Shown: one piece after another, positions 45,109 through 54,231 of the stretch | Position numbering within the stretch: position 1 is the first letter of the stretch | Layout: the number at the start of each line of letters is the position of its first letter | Source of the DNA: Candidatus Cryptobacteroides sp. | GTDB lineage: Bacteria; Bacteroidota; Bacteroidia; Bacteroidales; UBA932 | DNA: 64,000 nt | Assembly: GCA_045599225.1 (NCBI GenBank) | Contig: JAZRVN010000030.1 | Coordinates: forward strand, 42,035-106,034 | Direction: 5' to 3' | Made by a program: the position numbers and the translations under genes | The notes under the pieces: generated by a model | Told to the model about the DNA's origin: nothing | Seen by the model: the letters and a program-made list of their open reading frames with translations, nothing else | The model's database searches: none

Positions 45109-48018
45109 ATGAAATCGTTGGAATTAAAAATTTTAACCGCCGTTTCCGGTCTTGTTTTACTGTGTCAGTCTTCTGCGGCTCAGTTCTACAACGACGGCAC
45201 AGACGATGTTTCCATCCGGTGGAAAGAACTTCAGACTCCCGGATACAGGATAATCTATCCCCAGTATGCCGATTCCCTTGCTCTGATATATGCCCGCTCA
45301 TTGGAAAAATACCGGCCCGCAAATCTTCCTTTCAGAAAAAAACTTCCGGTAGTTCTTCATACCGAAAATGCCACTTCCAACGGTTCCGTAGTGTGGTCCC
45401 CGTCCAGAATGAATCTTTTTACCGTTCCCGATTCCTATTCCCCGCTCAGCCTTATGTGGAACGACCATCTCTGTGCCCACGAATCCAGGCATTACTTTCA
45501 GATGACTCCGGGATACAACCGGAAATTCCTCGCGGGACGAATTCTGTTCGGGGAATTATGGCCTATGGCAATAGGAGCATTGTACCCGAGCATCACCCTT
45601 ATGGAAGGCGATGCCGTTGCATACGAAACCGCAGTTTCTACATCTGGCCGGGGACGGCAGGCTTCCTTCCTGGAGTATTACCGCGTCTGCTTTGCACAGG
45701 GGGACAAACGGAACTTCTGGCAATGGAGGTACGGCTCGAACCGAAACTATACCCCCGATTACTATCGGGCCGGATATCTTCAGATAACCGGGCCTGCCGC
45801 GCTTTATAAAGTTCCGGACCTTACCCAAAGGTATTTCGACCGAATAATCGACAAACCCTGGCTGCCTATTGACAATTTCAACAAAACCCTGAAGGAAAAC
45901 TGCGGAAAAAATTTCAAGACCGCCTGGAAAGAAGTGACCGATTCCCTGGAACGCGAATGGGCGAAGTGGGAAACCCAGAGAGGACCTTTCAAGGAGGTCA
46001 CACCTGTTACAAAGGATCTTCACCGATACACCTCTTATGCAGGTTCGACCTATTTCAACGGTAAAATATACTCCGTCCGCAGCGGAATCGACAGAACTTC
46101 CGAACTGGTAGAAATCGACTCCTGTGGAAACGTCAGGCGGCTGCATTCCTTCACTTCCACTTATCAAGGACTTAAGCGCGACACCATCTATCACCGTCTG
46201 GTATGGACAGAAACAGTTTCCGACGCACGTTGGGAGATGAAATCCTATTCGGTGGTGAATTATTACGGACAAGACCGGCAGATTCACTCCCTTACCACAG
46301 GAAGTCGCTATTTCCAGGTTTGCTGCTGCAACGAAGAAGCCCTTTACGCCGTCATAGAATATCCTGTCGAGGGCGGATCCTATATTGTTATACTCAATCC
46401 TGCCGACGGAGCAGTGATAGAACGGATTCCATCCCCTTCGGGGATTGAACCCACAGACCTTGCCTGGGTTGGCAAAAAACTGTTTGCAACCGCCAACACT
46501 TCCACAGGGGCAGGCATCTACAATGTCTCAGACGGCTTTACCCCCATTATTCAGAACGTTCCGTCCAACATTTCCGAACTAAATCCCTTTAAAGGGAATC
46601 TCTTTTTCGGCTGCGACCGCACAGGAGTAAACGAACTGTACTCCATCAATATTTCTGACGGCACCATTCATCAGTTTTCCAATACCCGCTTCGGAGGCTC
46701 AAGCTGGACTTTTTTCCGGGATTCCATCTTTTTTTCTCAGCCCGGAAGAGAAGGGAAAAACATTGTAAGCGTACCTTTGTCCGAAAAAAAGGAGGTTACT
46801 GACCTGAATTACGAAAGGGTATCCTTCCTTGTTCCCGAAGAGTCTCCAAAGCTGCCGGTAAAAGATTGTGATACAACCACATATAAAATCACCAACTATT
46901 CCAAATTAGCGCATCTTTTCCGTTTCCACTCCTGGATTCCGCTGTTTGTCGACTCAAATGCCATAGAGGAAATGAGCCTTTCGAGCCTTACCTCGTCGGC
47001 CGGTCTTGGCGCCACGGCATTCTTTCAAAACGACCTCGGCTCTGCCTCGGGAACCATTTCCTATCACGCACAACCTCTGAAGGGAAAATGGCAGCATTCC
47101 GGCCATCTTAAATTCAAATACAGCGGATGGTATCCCGTTTTCGAAATCAGCGCCGACCTAAACGACCGCAGCTCCCTGCAATACACTCTCGAAAAAACAA
47201 CGACAGAAAAATACATCAGCTATAAAATAACCCAGACCCCAACTTCAAAACCGCTCGTCTCCGGAACAATTCTTACATATATCCCCTTCAAGTTCAATTC
47301 CAGAGGGCTTTCCAGAGGACTTGTTCCGCAAGTCAGGTACTCCATAACCAACGACCTGTTCCTGGGCGCAAACGTACCGTTGCAACGTCTGTCGCTGAGT
47401 TTGCGCGGCTATTTGATGAAACCTGTTGCAAGCAGCTGCATCTATCCCCGATACGGAATAGGGCTCGAGGTCGGCAATTCGCTCCGCCCCGGACTGAGCG
47501 ATGTCTTTGCGGGTAATTTCTATGCCTATATGTACGGCTATCTTCCCGGAGTCCTTCGCACTCACGGAATAAAGTTGTCCGCTATGCTCGATTCGCACAC
47601 CGGCAAGGGAATCTTTGTAGAACCTTATCTGAATATCGCACCCCGGGGATTCGAACAGGACAATATCAATACCCTGCTTGCAAGATACGACAAACAGGCT
47701 AAATTCAGCCTCGACTACGCTATGCCTCTCGGAAACGTGGACTGGTCCTTCCTGTGTCCCGTCGCCTATATCCGCAATTTCGAACTCATCCTTCATTCCG
47801 ACTGCACGCTGTTCGGAAGTTCCGAAAAATCGGGGGCTCTCTTAAGTGCCGGAGCCGACTTCCGGGTTGTCCTTGGAAACCTGCTCTGGATACCGTACGA
47901 CACCAGAATAGGCATCACATACAACTACAAGACCGGTCCGTCGTTCAACGACTTCGCACCGGAGCAGGGGACCCTCTCCCGGAACCACGTCGGAGTAGTG
48001 TTCAGCGTCGATTTCTAA
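45109..48018 (+). CDS. Large hypothetical outer-membrane protein (HExxH motif, propeller-like middle, beta-barrel-like C-terminus ending in F)
   Basis: Signal peptide MKSLELKILTAVSGLVLLCQSSAAQ. HESRH lies in LCAHESRHYFQ. The C-terminus is ..HVGVVFSVDF. The start is uncertain (45091 or 45109); a -7-like TACTTTTG lies at 45095-45102. Confidence 0.5.
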   Translation: MKSLELKILTAVSGLVLLCQSSAAQFYNDGTDDVSIRWKELQTPGYRIIYPQYADSLALIYARSLEKYRPANLPFRKKLPVVLHTENATSNGSVVWSPSRMNLFTVPDSYSPLSLMWNDHLCAHESRHYFQMTPGYNRKFLAGRILFGELWPMAIGALYPSITLMEGDAVAYETAVSTSGRGRQASFLEYYRVCFAQGDKRNFWQWRYGSNRNYTPDYYRAGYLQITGPAALYKVPDLTQRYFDRIIDKPWLPIDNFNKTLKENCGKNFKTAWKEVTDSLEREWAKWETQRGPFKEVTPVTKDLHRYTSYAGSTYFNGKIYSVRSGIDRTSELVEIDSCGNVRRLHSFTSTYQGLKRDTIYHRLVWTETVSDARWEMKSYSVVNYYGQDRQIHSLTTGSRYFQVCCCNEEALYAVIEYPVEGGSYIVILNPADGAVIERIPSPSGIEPTDLAWVGKKLFATANTSTGAGIYNVSDGFTPIIQNVPSNISELNPFKGNLFFGCDRTGVNELYSINISDGTIHQFSNTRFGGSSWTFFRDSIFFSQPGREGKNIVSVPLSEKKEVTDLNYERVSFLVPEESPKLPVKDCDTTTYKITNYSKLAHLFRFHSWIPLFVDSNAIEEMSLSSLTSSAGLGATAFFQNDLGSASGTISYHAQPLKGKWQHSGHLKFKYSGWYPVFEISADLNDRSSLQYTLEKTTTEKYISYKITQTPTSKPLVSGTILTYIPFKFNSRGLSRGLVPQVRYSITNDLFLGANVPLQRLSLSLRGYLMKPVASSCIYPRYGIGLEVGNSLRPGLSDVFAGNFYAYMYGYLPGVLRTHGIKLSAMLDSHTGKGIFVEPYLNIAPRGFEQDNINTLLARYDKQAKFSLDYAMPLGNVDWSFLCPVAYIRNFELILHSDCTLFGSSEKSGALLSAGADFRVVLGNLLWIPYDTRIGITYNYKTGPSFNDFAPEQGTLSRNHVGVVFSVDF

Positions 48019-48853
48019 GCTCGATTTCCGCAACAACGGGGTAATGGTCGCTGACCCCTCCCTTATACTGCGGCCCGTTGGCAGTCCGTCGTGGCTTCTG
48101 CCCTCCGTGTGCTGTATCCTTTTCCGTAAGCATCCGGTCCGAGAATACCCTTAGGGTTCCGTTTGTGAGAGAATCAACATAACACCTGTCTATAAGTTCC
48201 CACTGCCCGTTGAACCTTATGCTCCCCTGTCCCTTTACCTCTTCCGACAAATCCTTCATCCCCGCGCACCTGAAACCCGGCCCTTCGTTGAAATCCCCTA
48301 TGCTCACAATGGTTCCTCCGAATACCCGCAAGGAATCGCACAGACGTTGCATACACTCCTTGGCTGCATTTCTGCCTTCAGTCTTCCCTCCGATTTTGGA
48401 AGGATGATGATTCACAAGAATATCCACCCTCGCCGAATCAAGGGTCAAGAAGCTGCCTAGCAGAATATCTCTGGTGGCCATCACCCTTCCAAGCGAGTCA
48501 TAGATATGATTAGCCTTGGAATTCAGCAACCTGAGCCTGTCCCTGCGATACAGCAACGCACAGTCCATCCCTCTGTGGTCAGGAGAATCGTAATGTACGA
48601 AGGCGTACGGTGTCTTTCGCAGCAGTGTGGTTCTCAGCAGGCTCCAAACCACAAAACTGTCTTCCACCTCGCAGAAACCTATTGCATCCGGCAGCCCGCC
48701 AAATTCATCCTCCATCCTGAATATCATCTTGCACACCGACTCGCACTTGCGATAAAATCTGTATTTCTGCCCCGTCTTCCGGCAGTCGGAGAAATTTTCA
48801 AGATTCCAGAAAACCACGGTAAACGCCAGTATCCCCACTAAAAAACTTTTCAT
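48002..48853 (-). CDS. Endonuclease/exonuclease/phosphatase (EEP) family protein
   Basis: The C-terminal motif GVSDHYPVVAEI is typical of the EEP fold. I placed the start at MKSFLVGIL. The 3' end overlaps the convergent gene by 17 nt. Confidence 0.7.
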   Translation of the reverse strand: MKSFLVGILAFTVVFWNLENFSDCRKTGQKYRFYRKCESVCKMIFRMEDEFGGLPDAIGFCEVEDSFVVWSLLRTTLLRKTPYAFVHYDSPDHRGMDCALLYRRDRLRLLNSKANHIYDSLGRVMATRDILLGSFLTLDSARVDILVNHHPSKIGGKTEGRNAAKECMQRLCDSLRVFGGTIVSIGDFNEGPGFRCAGMKDLSEEVKGQGSIRFNGQWELIDRCYVDSLTNGTLRVFSDRMLTEKDTAHGGQKPRRTANGPQYKGGVSDHYPVVAEIELRNRR

Positions 48854-48959
48854 CTTTTTTCTTTCAAGATGGGCATTTCCTTCCAATCCCGCATTAAAAA
48901 AAAGAAAAAGTTACGCGCCGATTTTTTTTGTATCTTTGTGTGATTAAAAAATAACTTTT

Positions 48960-50060
48960 ATGTCCCTCAAATGCGGTATTGTAGGCCTTCCTAACGTAGG
49001 TAAATCAACTTTGTTCAACTGTGTCAGTTCAGGCAAAGCCCAAAGCGCAAATTTCCCTTTCTGTACAATAGAACCCAACCTGGGCTCCACCAACGTGCCG
49101 GACAAAAGGCTTAACGTTCTATCCGATATCTGCAAACCCCAGAGAACCATCCCCGCAACTGTCGACATTGTCGACATCGCCGGCCTGGTAAAGGGCGCAA
49201 GCAAAGGTGAAGGTCTTGGAAATCAGTTCCTTGCAAATATCCGCGAATGCGACGCCATCCTCCACGTACTGCGCTGCTTCGACGACGGCAATGTTGTCCA
49301 CGTCGACGGAAGCGTCGATCCCGTAAGGGACAAGGAAGTTGTGGACACCGAACTCCAGATTAAAGACCTCGAAACTGTCGATGCGCGACTGGCCAAGGCC
49401 GATAAGGCCGGCAAAGCCGGAGACAAGGAAGCCCGCAAGCTTGCCGAACTTCTGCACCGCTACCACGATGCCCTTATACAGGGCAAACCCTGCCGCAGCG
49501 TAGCCTTTGTAAACGACGAGGAAGCATCCATTGCAAAGGACCTTTTCCTGCTTACAAACAAACCGGTAATGTATGTATGCAATGTCGACGACGCTTCAGC
49601 CGCAAGCGGCAACCCTTACGTAGAAGCCGTTCGGCAGGCCGTTAAGGACGAGCGCGCCGAGATTCTGATAATAGCCGCAAAAACCGAAGCCGAAATAGCC
49701 GAAATAGAAGATTACGACGACCGGCAGATGTTCCTGGAAGAAATGGGACTGAAAGAATCGGGCGTTGTGCGCCTTATTCAGGGCGCCTACCACCTTCTCG
49801 GCCTCCAGACCTTCTTCACCGCCGGTTCCGACGAATGCCGGGCCTGGACCATCCGCGTTGGAGACAAAGCCCCGAAAGCAGCCGGTGTCATCCATTCCGA
49901 TTTTGAAAAAGGCTTTATCCGCGCCGAAGTCATAAAGTATGACGACTTTGTTCAATACAAGACCGAAGCAGCCGTAAGAGCCGCCGGCAAAATGGGCGTA
50001 GAAGGCAAGGAATACATTGTGCAGGACGGAGACATAATGCATTTCCTCTTTAATGTTTAA
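48960..50060 (+). CDS. ychF: Ribosome-binding ATPase YchF
   Basis: [37 protein letters not shown] -7 box TATCTTTG lies at 48932-48939. Confidence 0.95.
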   Translation: MSLKCGIVGLPNVGKSTLFNCVSSGKAQSANFPFCTIEPNLGSTNVPDKRLNVLSDICKPQRTIPATVDIVDIAGLVKGASKGEGLGNQFLANIRECDAILHVLRCFDDGNVVHVDGSVDPVRDKEVVDTELQIKDLETVDARLAKADKAGKAGDKEARKLAELLHRYHDALIQGKPCRSVAFVNDEEASIAKDLFLLTNKPVMYVCNVDDASAASGNPYVEAVRQAVKDERAEILIIAAKTEAEIAEIEDYDDRQMFLEEMGLKESGVVRLIQGAYHLLGLQTFFTAGSDECRAWTIRVGDKAPKAAGVIHSDFEKGFIRAEVIKYDDFVQYKTEAAVRAAGKMGVEGKEYIVQDGDIMHFLFNV

Positions 50061-50105
50061 GGGGTAAAAATAAGTAAAAGTAAGTAAAATATAATTGACT
50101 GATTT

Positions 50106-50130
50106 AGCGGCTTTTAGGCCGCTTTTTCTT
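50106..50130 (+). terminator. ychF terminator
   Basis: AGCGGC-ttttag-GCCGCT followed by TTTTCTTTTT. Confidence 0.7.
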
Positions 50131-50180
50131 TTTCTCTTTATTGACCTACTTACACAAGGTTTGATATATTTTAGTGCATT

Positions 50181-50202
50181 TTTGTCCCCCGTTTGTCCCC
50201 CG
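50181..50202 (+). repeat. Tandem 11-mer TTTGTCCCCCG x2 (candidate integrase arm-type sites); related copy TTTGTCCCCG at 57220-57229
   Basis: Read directly from the sequence. The copies have the same orientation at both element ends. The left pair lies 48 nt upstream of int. Confidence 0.45.
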
Positions 50203-50249
50203 TTTCAAAAAATTGCCTATATTTGTACCCGTAACAAGTTATTTATATT

Positions 50250-51431
50250 ATGGCAAGACCGAAAAAACAAATCAAGGCAAAAGAGCCCGTTATTATCCGT
50301 TTCAAAGACCTGGCAAAAGGTAACAAATCAATTTACCTGGATATATACCGGGACGGGGAACGCAAGAAAGAATATCTAAAACTTTACCTTATCCCAGAGC
50401 GCCCAGGCGTTGAGGCGGACAAAATCACAAATCAAATAACACTTGACGCAGCCAACGCGATAAAGGCCCGGCGTATTAAGGAAATTATAGGCGGGGAAGC
50501 TGGAATAAAAGACCGCGCCGGGAAATACCTTTCTTTGCTGGATTGGATGCAGCAAAGGCAAGACCGCGCCGACAAAGCCGCCAGGGACGCGGGACGCAAG
50601 CGCAGCAATACCGCGGAGGGGATAAAGACAACCGCCGCACACTTGCGCCGCTTTATTGATGCAGCCTACAAGGGCCGCGCCGTTACCCTGGCGCAAGTTG
50701 ATAAGGACTTTTGCGCGGGATTTGCCGCATATTTGAAAGATACCCGGAGGCAATGGGGCGGCACACTTTCACAAAACACAAGCGCGCTTTATTACACGAA
50801 CTTTGAAGCGGCCTTAAATGAAGCCTACAAAAAGGGCCTTATTTCCACTAACCCGGCGGCGCTTGTAGAAGAAAGCGAAAAGCCGCAAGCACAACCAGCG
50901 GAAAGGGATTATTTGACAGCGGAAGAACTCAAAGCCCTGGCCGCTGCAAAGTGCCCTAATGAGCAAGTAAAAGCGGCCTTTCTCTTTTCGTGCTTTTGCG
51001 GGTTGAGGCTTTCCGATATTGAGGGCCTAACCTGGGACGCGATACACCAGGACGGGGACACCTGGAGGCTTGAAACCAGGATGCAGAAAACAAGGCAAAT
51101 TATCTATTTACCCCTATCAATTGCCGCCCGCCGCTATTTGCCGGAACGCGCAGAAAAAGGGCCGGAAAGCCTTGTATTTGATTTGCCTAAAAGAGTAACA
51201 ACGCAATGCGATATTAGAACTTGGGTAAAACGTGCCGGGATTGAAAAAAATATATCTTTTCATTGCGCCCGCCACACCTTTGCAACCCTTGCGCTTACCC
51301 AGGGCGCGGACTTATACAGCATATCAAAGTTATTGGGGCATACCAACGTAACAACAACGCAGATATATGCTACAATCATAGACCAGCGCAAGCAAGCCGC
51401 GGCCAACCTATTAAACGGAATTTTAGACTAA
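50250..51431 (+). CDS. Tyrosine site-specific integrase (Bacteroidetes type)
   Basis: Catalytic contexts are GLRLSDI, HCARHTFATLAL and LLGHTNVTTTQIYA. A -7 box TATATTTG lies at 50218-50225. Confidence 0.92.
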   Translation: MARPKKQIKAKEPVIIRFKDLAKGNKSIYLDIYRDGERKKEYLKLYLIPERPGVEADKITNQITLDAANAIKARRIKEIIGGEAGIKDRAGKYLSLLDWMQQRQDRADKAARDAGRKRSNTAEGIKTTAAHLRRFIDAAYKGRAVTLAQVDKDFCAGFAAYLKDTRRQWGGTLSQNTSALYYTNFEAALNEAYKKGLISTNPAALVEESEKPQAQPAERDYLTAEELKALAAAKCPNEQVKAAFLFSCFCGLRLSDIEGLTWDAIHQDGDTWRLETRMQKTRQIIYLPLSIAARRYLPERAEKGPESLVFDLPKRVTTQCDIRTWVKRAGIEKNISFHCARHTFATLALTQGADLYSISKLLGHTNVTTTQIYATIIDQRKQAAANLLNGILD

Positions 51432-51444
51432 ACCGCCGCGCCCT

Positions 51445-52326
51445 ATGCTACTATTTGAACGCCTTTTGTATTTGCACCAGAGCCCGGAAAGCCTGGCGGC
51501 GGATTTTGCAGAACGTTTGCGCTGGGATGGGGACGCAGACCCCGCCGAAATATACACGGAATTAGCCGCAATCATAAACGCCCGGAACACCTGGGCGGCG
51601 GACTTGGAAACCCTGGAAAGGGAACGGGCCAGGAAAGAAACGCCCTGGGATGATATAGGCGGGACACCAACCGCGGCCCAGCTTGAAACATACCGCCAGC
51701 AAAGAACGGCGGCGGACGCGGAGGCCCAGGAAACCGCGGCAAGGATTACGGACAATATAACGGCCCTTGATACCCTTTTCCGGGCCTTATGCAACGCCCT
51801 GGATTTTCACGGCCTCAACCTTACGGGCGGCAAGATTTCCCAGCTTGTGGGCCTGGGCTTGCCGGAACACCTGGCGGCGGATTTAGACACCATACACAAA
51901 GAACACCGGGCCGCAATCCCAGAGGCGGAACGCCTAACCCTGGAGGATGCAACCGCCTTATATAACGGATTAGCCAAAGAGGGCCTAATTTCCGGCCCGC
52001 TGGAGGCTTTTATATATCACTTTGGCAAATTGTACGGGAAAAGGGCAAAGCGCCTAAATACGGGCCTTTCCTGGCTTGGAACAAGCGCGCAATTTGTCTT
52101 TTTTGCCTGGCGGCTTTCAATGTATATGCAGCCCGGCCCGTATGGCTACACACAACACCGCAAGGCTATTTGCGCGGCGTTTGGGATTGGTGAAAGACAG
52201 CGCCGCAATACTTTAGATAAGGAATTTTCAGCCTTTCACGGAGGGACGCGCAAAAGCTGCAAGGGAAGCAAGCAAATAGCGCAGATATTTGAAGCCTTGC
52301 CAGGGATTAACAACGCCAATATTTAG
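51445..52326 (+). CDS. Hypothetical protein (Ala/Glu-rich, no recognisable domain)
   Basis: 293 aa ORF in an operon-like position after int. Locally about 65% GC by hand count of one line. Confidence 0.45.
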   Translation: MLLFERLLYLHQSPESLAADFAERLRWDGDADPAEIYTELAAIINARNTWAADLETLERERARKETPWDDIGGTPTAAQLETYRQQRTAADAEAQETAARITDNITALDTLFRALCNALDFHGLNLTGGKISQLVGLGLPEHLAADLDTIHKEHRAAIPEAERLTLEDATALYNGLAKEGLISGPLEAFIYHFGKLYGKRAKRLNTGLSWLGTSAQFVFFAWRLSMYMQPGPYGYTQHRKAICAAFGIGERQRRNTLDKEFSAFHGGTRKSCKGSKQIAQIFEALPGINNANI

Positions 52327-52329
52327 GAT

Positions 52330-52503
52330 ATGAACAAGGAAATAAAAACCTCAATGGGCTCAATATATGTAACCGGGGCAAACGCCACAATAATAGGAAG
52401 CCAAACAATAGGTTTGAGCGCTGAATTTGTGCGGGATTTGCTGGCGGCTAAAGATAGGCAAATAGAAGAACTTTTAAAGATTATTGCCAGGCTCAAAAAT
52501 TGA
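52330..52503 (+). CDS. Small hypothetical protein (57 aa)
   Basis: Hand translation gives MNKEIKTSMGSIYVTGANATIIGSQTIGLSAEFVRDLLAAKDRQIEELLKIIARLKN. It starts 4 nt after the previous stop and is followed by a strong terminator. Confidence 0.35.
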   Translation: MNKEIKTSMGSIYVTGANATIIGSQTIGLSAEFVRDLLAAKDRQIEELLKIIARLKN

Positions 52504-52525
52504 GGCTTTCCGGCTTTTCCAAATA

Positions 52526-52567
52526 CCCCCGTAAGAGTTAATAAAGGACTTTTGCGGGGGTTTATTT
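52526..52567 (+). terminator. Rho-independent terminator inside the element
   Basis: A 12 bp stem CCCCCGTAAGAG / CTTTTGCGGGGG (two G-T wobbles), an 11 nt loop, then TTTATTT. Confidence 0.7.
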
Positions 52568-52745
52568 AATTGATTTACTTATACTTACGTTATACATTTG
52601 CATTGTTCATAACATTTATTATCGTTTTTCGCAAAGGAAACTTTGCAACCGCGGGGCTTGGCGGATTTTCAGCCCAGCCCGCCCCCGTAATAATGTCCTC
52701 AATACGGAAGCGGGCTTTTATAGAAACAAGTTAAAACGTAAGTAT

Positions 52746-53057
52746 ATGCAGCAAAATGAAACCACACACGGCGGCGAAACAATGCCCGCGGCAATTATTA
52801 CCCAGCCGGATGCAACGGCGGGGAACGACCTTTTAAGCCTGGAGGCGGCGGCGCTATTCCTGGGCTTAAAGAAAAGCTATCTTTATAAGCTAACCAGCAC
52901 CCGGCAAATACCCTTTTACAAATACGGCGGGCGCTTAATTAAATTTGACCGCGCAGCCCTGGAAAGCTGGCGCGCGGCCCGGCTTCAAGTTGTACCAACC
53001 CAGGCGGAACAAGCGGAGAAAGCCGCCGCCTATTGCGCTGCAAATCCCTTGAAATAA
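52746..53057 (+). CDS. AlpA/excisionase-family helix-turn-helix protein
   Basis: LSLEAAALFLGLKKSYLYKLTSTRQIPFYKYGGRLIKFDRAALESW is the classic Xis/AlpA (HTH_17-like) pattern. Confidence 0.8.
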   Translation: MQQNETTHGGETMPAAIITQPDATAGNDLLSLEAAALFLGLKKSYLYKLTSTRQIPFYKYGGRLIKFDRAALESWRAARLQVVPTQAEQAEKAAAYCAANPLK

Positions 53058-54085
53058 TGAAACCAGGAAAGCAAATAAATATTTCGCTTATTCCTATACA
53101 CGAAGCAACCCAGGAAACCGGGCGCGCCGTGCCTTATTTGGATATTGCCGGGGAAGATACGCCAATAGATTTTCTTTTTACCCTGGGCGGCAAATACGGG
53201 CTTATCGCACGGGCTAACCTCCACACCCTACAAGGAACAAAGAAAGCCGGAAAGAGCGCGGCGGGCCTGGCCTTGATTGTCGCAGCCCTTAAAGGGGAAT
53301 ATATAGGCATAACCGCCAGCCGGGAGGATTTGGCCGTATTATGGATTGATACGGAACAAGACAAAGAAACCTTGCGCCAGAAAGCCCGCGCCGTGCTATC
53401 AATGGCGGAACTTGACGCGCAGCCGGAACGCCTCAAAGTTGTAACCTTGCGCGGATTTGGAGGCCCAGCGGAGGCCCTGGCGGCTACATTGCAAGCAATA
53501 GAAGAAAACAAGGCCGATTTTGTTTTACTTGACGGCGTTGTGGATTTGTGCCAGGCGTTTAATGATGAAGAAAAAAGCCGGGACGTTGTGCGCCAGCTTG
53601 AAGCATACGCGGAAAAATACGGCGCGGCTATTCTGGGGCTTATTCATACCAACAAAAGGGATAATGAGGCCCGCGGACACCTGGGCGCTATTATGCAGCA
53701 AAAGAGCGCCGAAATATACCAGGTAAACAAAGAGGGGGACGCGGCCCAGGTATCGCAGCCCTTTAGCCGTTTTGCACCCGTGCCGCCTTTCTCTTTCTCT
53801 TTTGCGGATGATTTCAAGATAGCGCCAGCCGTTGAGGCTATAAGCCGGGCCAGGGAAGAAAGCCGGGCCAGATTTGCGGAACTATTCAAAGAGGCCGAAA
53901 CCCAGACAGCCGGGGAACTTGCGGAAAGATACGCGGAGGCCCAGGGATGCAGCACACGCCAGGCGCAAAGGGCAATAAAAGAGGCCAGGGATGCAAACAT
54001 ACTATTTCAATATCAAGAGGGCCGCAAGTGCTATTATAGTTTTTGTATGCCTGGAATTGATGAAACGGAGGAAGATGATATTTAA
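53057..54085 (+). CDS. RecA-fold ATPase (AAA_25 / RepA-like helicase-type)
   Basis: Walker A is GTKKAGKS and Walker B is FVLLDGVVDL, with a downstream LIHTNK. The ATG shares an A with the preceding TAA. Confidence 0.7.
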   Translation: MKPGKQINISLIPIHEATQETGRAVPYLDIAGEDTPIDFLFTLGGKYGLIARANLHTLQGTKKAGKSAAGLALIVAALKGEYIGITASREDLAVLWIDTEQDKETLRQKARAVLSMAELDAQPERLKVVTLRGFGGPAEALAATLQAIEENKADFVLLDGVVDLCQAFNDEEKSRDVVRQLEAYAEKYGAAILGLIHTNKRDNEARGHLGAIMQQKSAEIYQVNKEGDAAQVSQPFSRFAPVPPFSFSFADDFKIAPAVEAISRAREESRARFAELFKEAETQTAGELAERYAEAQGCSTRQAQRAIKEARDANILFQYQEGRKCYYSFCMPGIDETEEDDI

Positions 54086-54123
54086 CAGCCAAAATAATTG
54101 CGGTAATATACGACACAACAACA

Positions 54124-54217
54124 CCCCTATATATAGGGGGTTTGTCGTATGTCGTATAATATTTACCGCTTTTGCGACAATGTCGCATTTTGTCGTGCTT
54201 TTGTCGTATGTCGTATA
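54124..54217. repeat. Palindrome plus iterons (candidate replication origin or operator)
   Basis: A perfect 16 bp palindrome CCCCTATATATAGGGG lies at 54124-54139. The 18-mer TTTGTCGTATGTCGTATA occurs twice (54141-54158, 54200-54217). Degenerate TGTCGCAT/TGTCGTGC units lie between them. Confidence 0.6.
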
Positions 54218-54231
54218 TTTCAAAAAAGCCT

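Noticed and set aside
44862-45809. 315-aa plus-strand ORF spanning the 45044-45109 intergenic region
   Set aside because: It overlaps the thioredoxin-like gene in antisense and the outer-membrane protein gene out of frame. Its composition is Arg/Ser/Cys-rich and not protein-like.
50095-50379. 94-aa ORF across the left junction of the element
   Set aside because: It reads through the ychF terminator, the tandem 11-mers and the int promoter, then overlaps int out of frame. It is not credible as a gene.
54172-54231. Upstream start for the primase-like ORF
   Set aside because: It uses a non-ATG start and would translate the iteron array. The ATG at 54232 gives a sensible N-terminus (MNTLFKAQ...).
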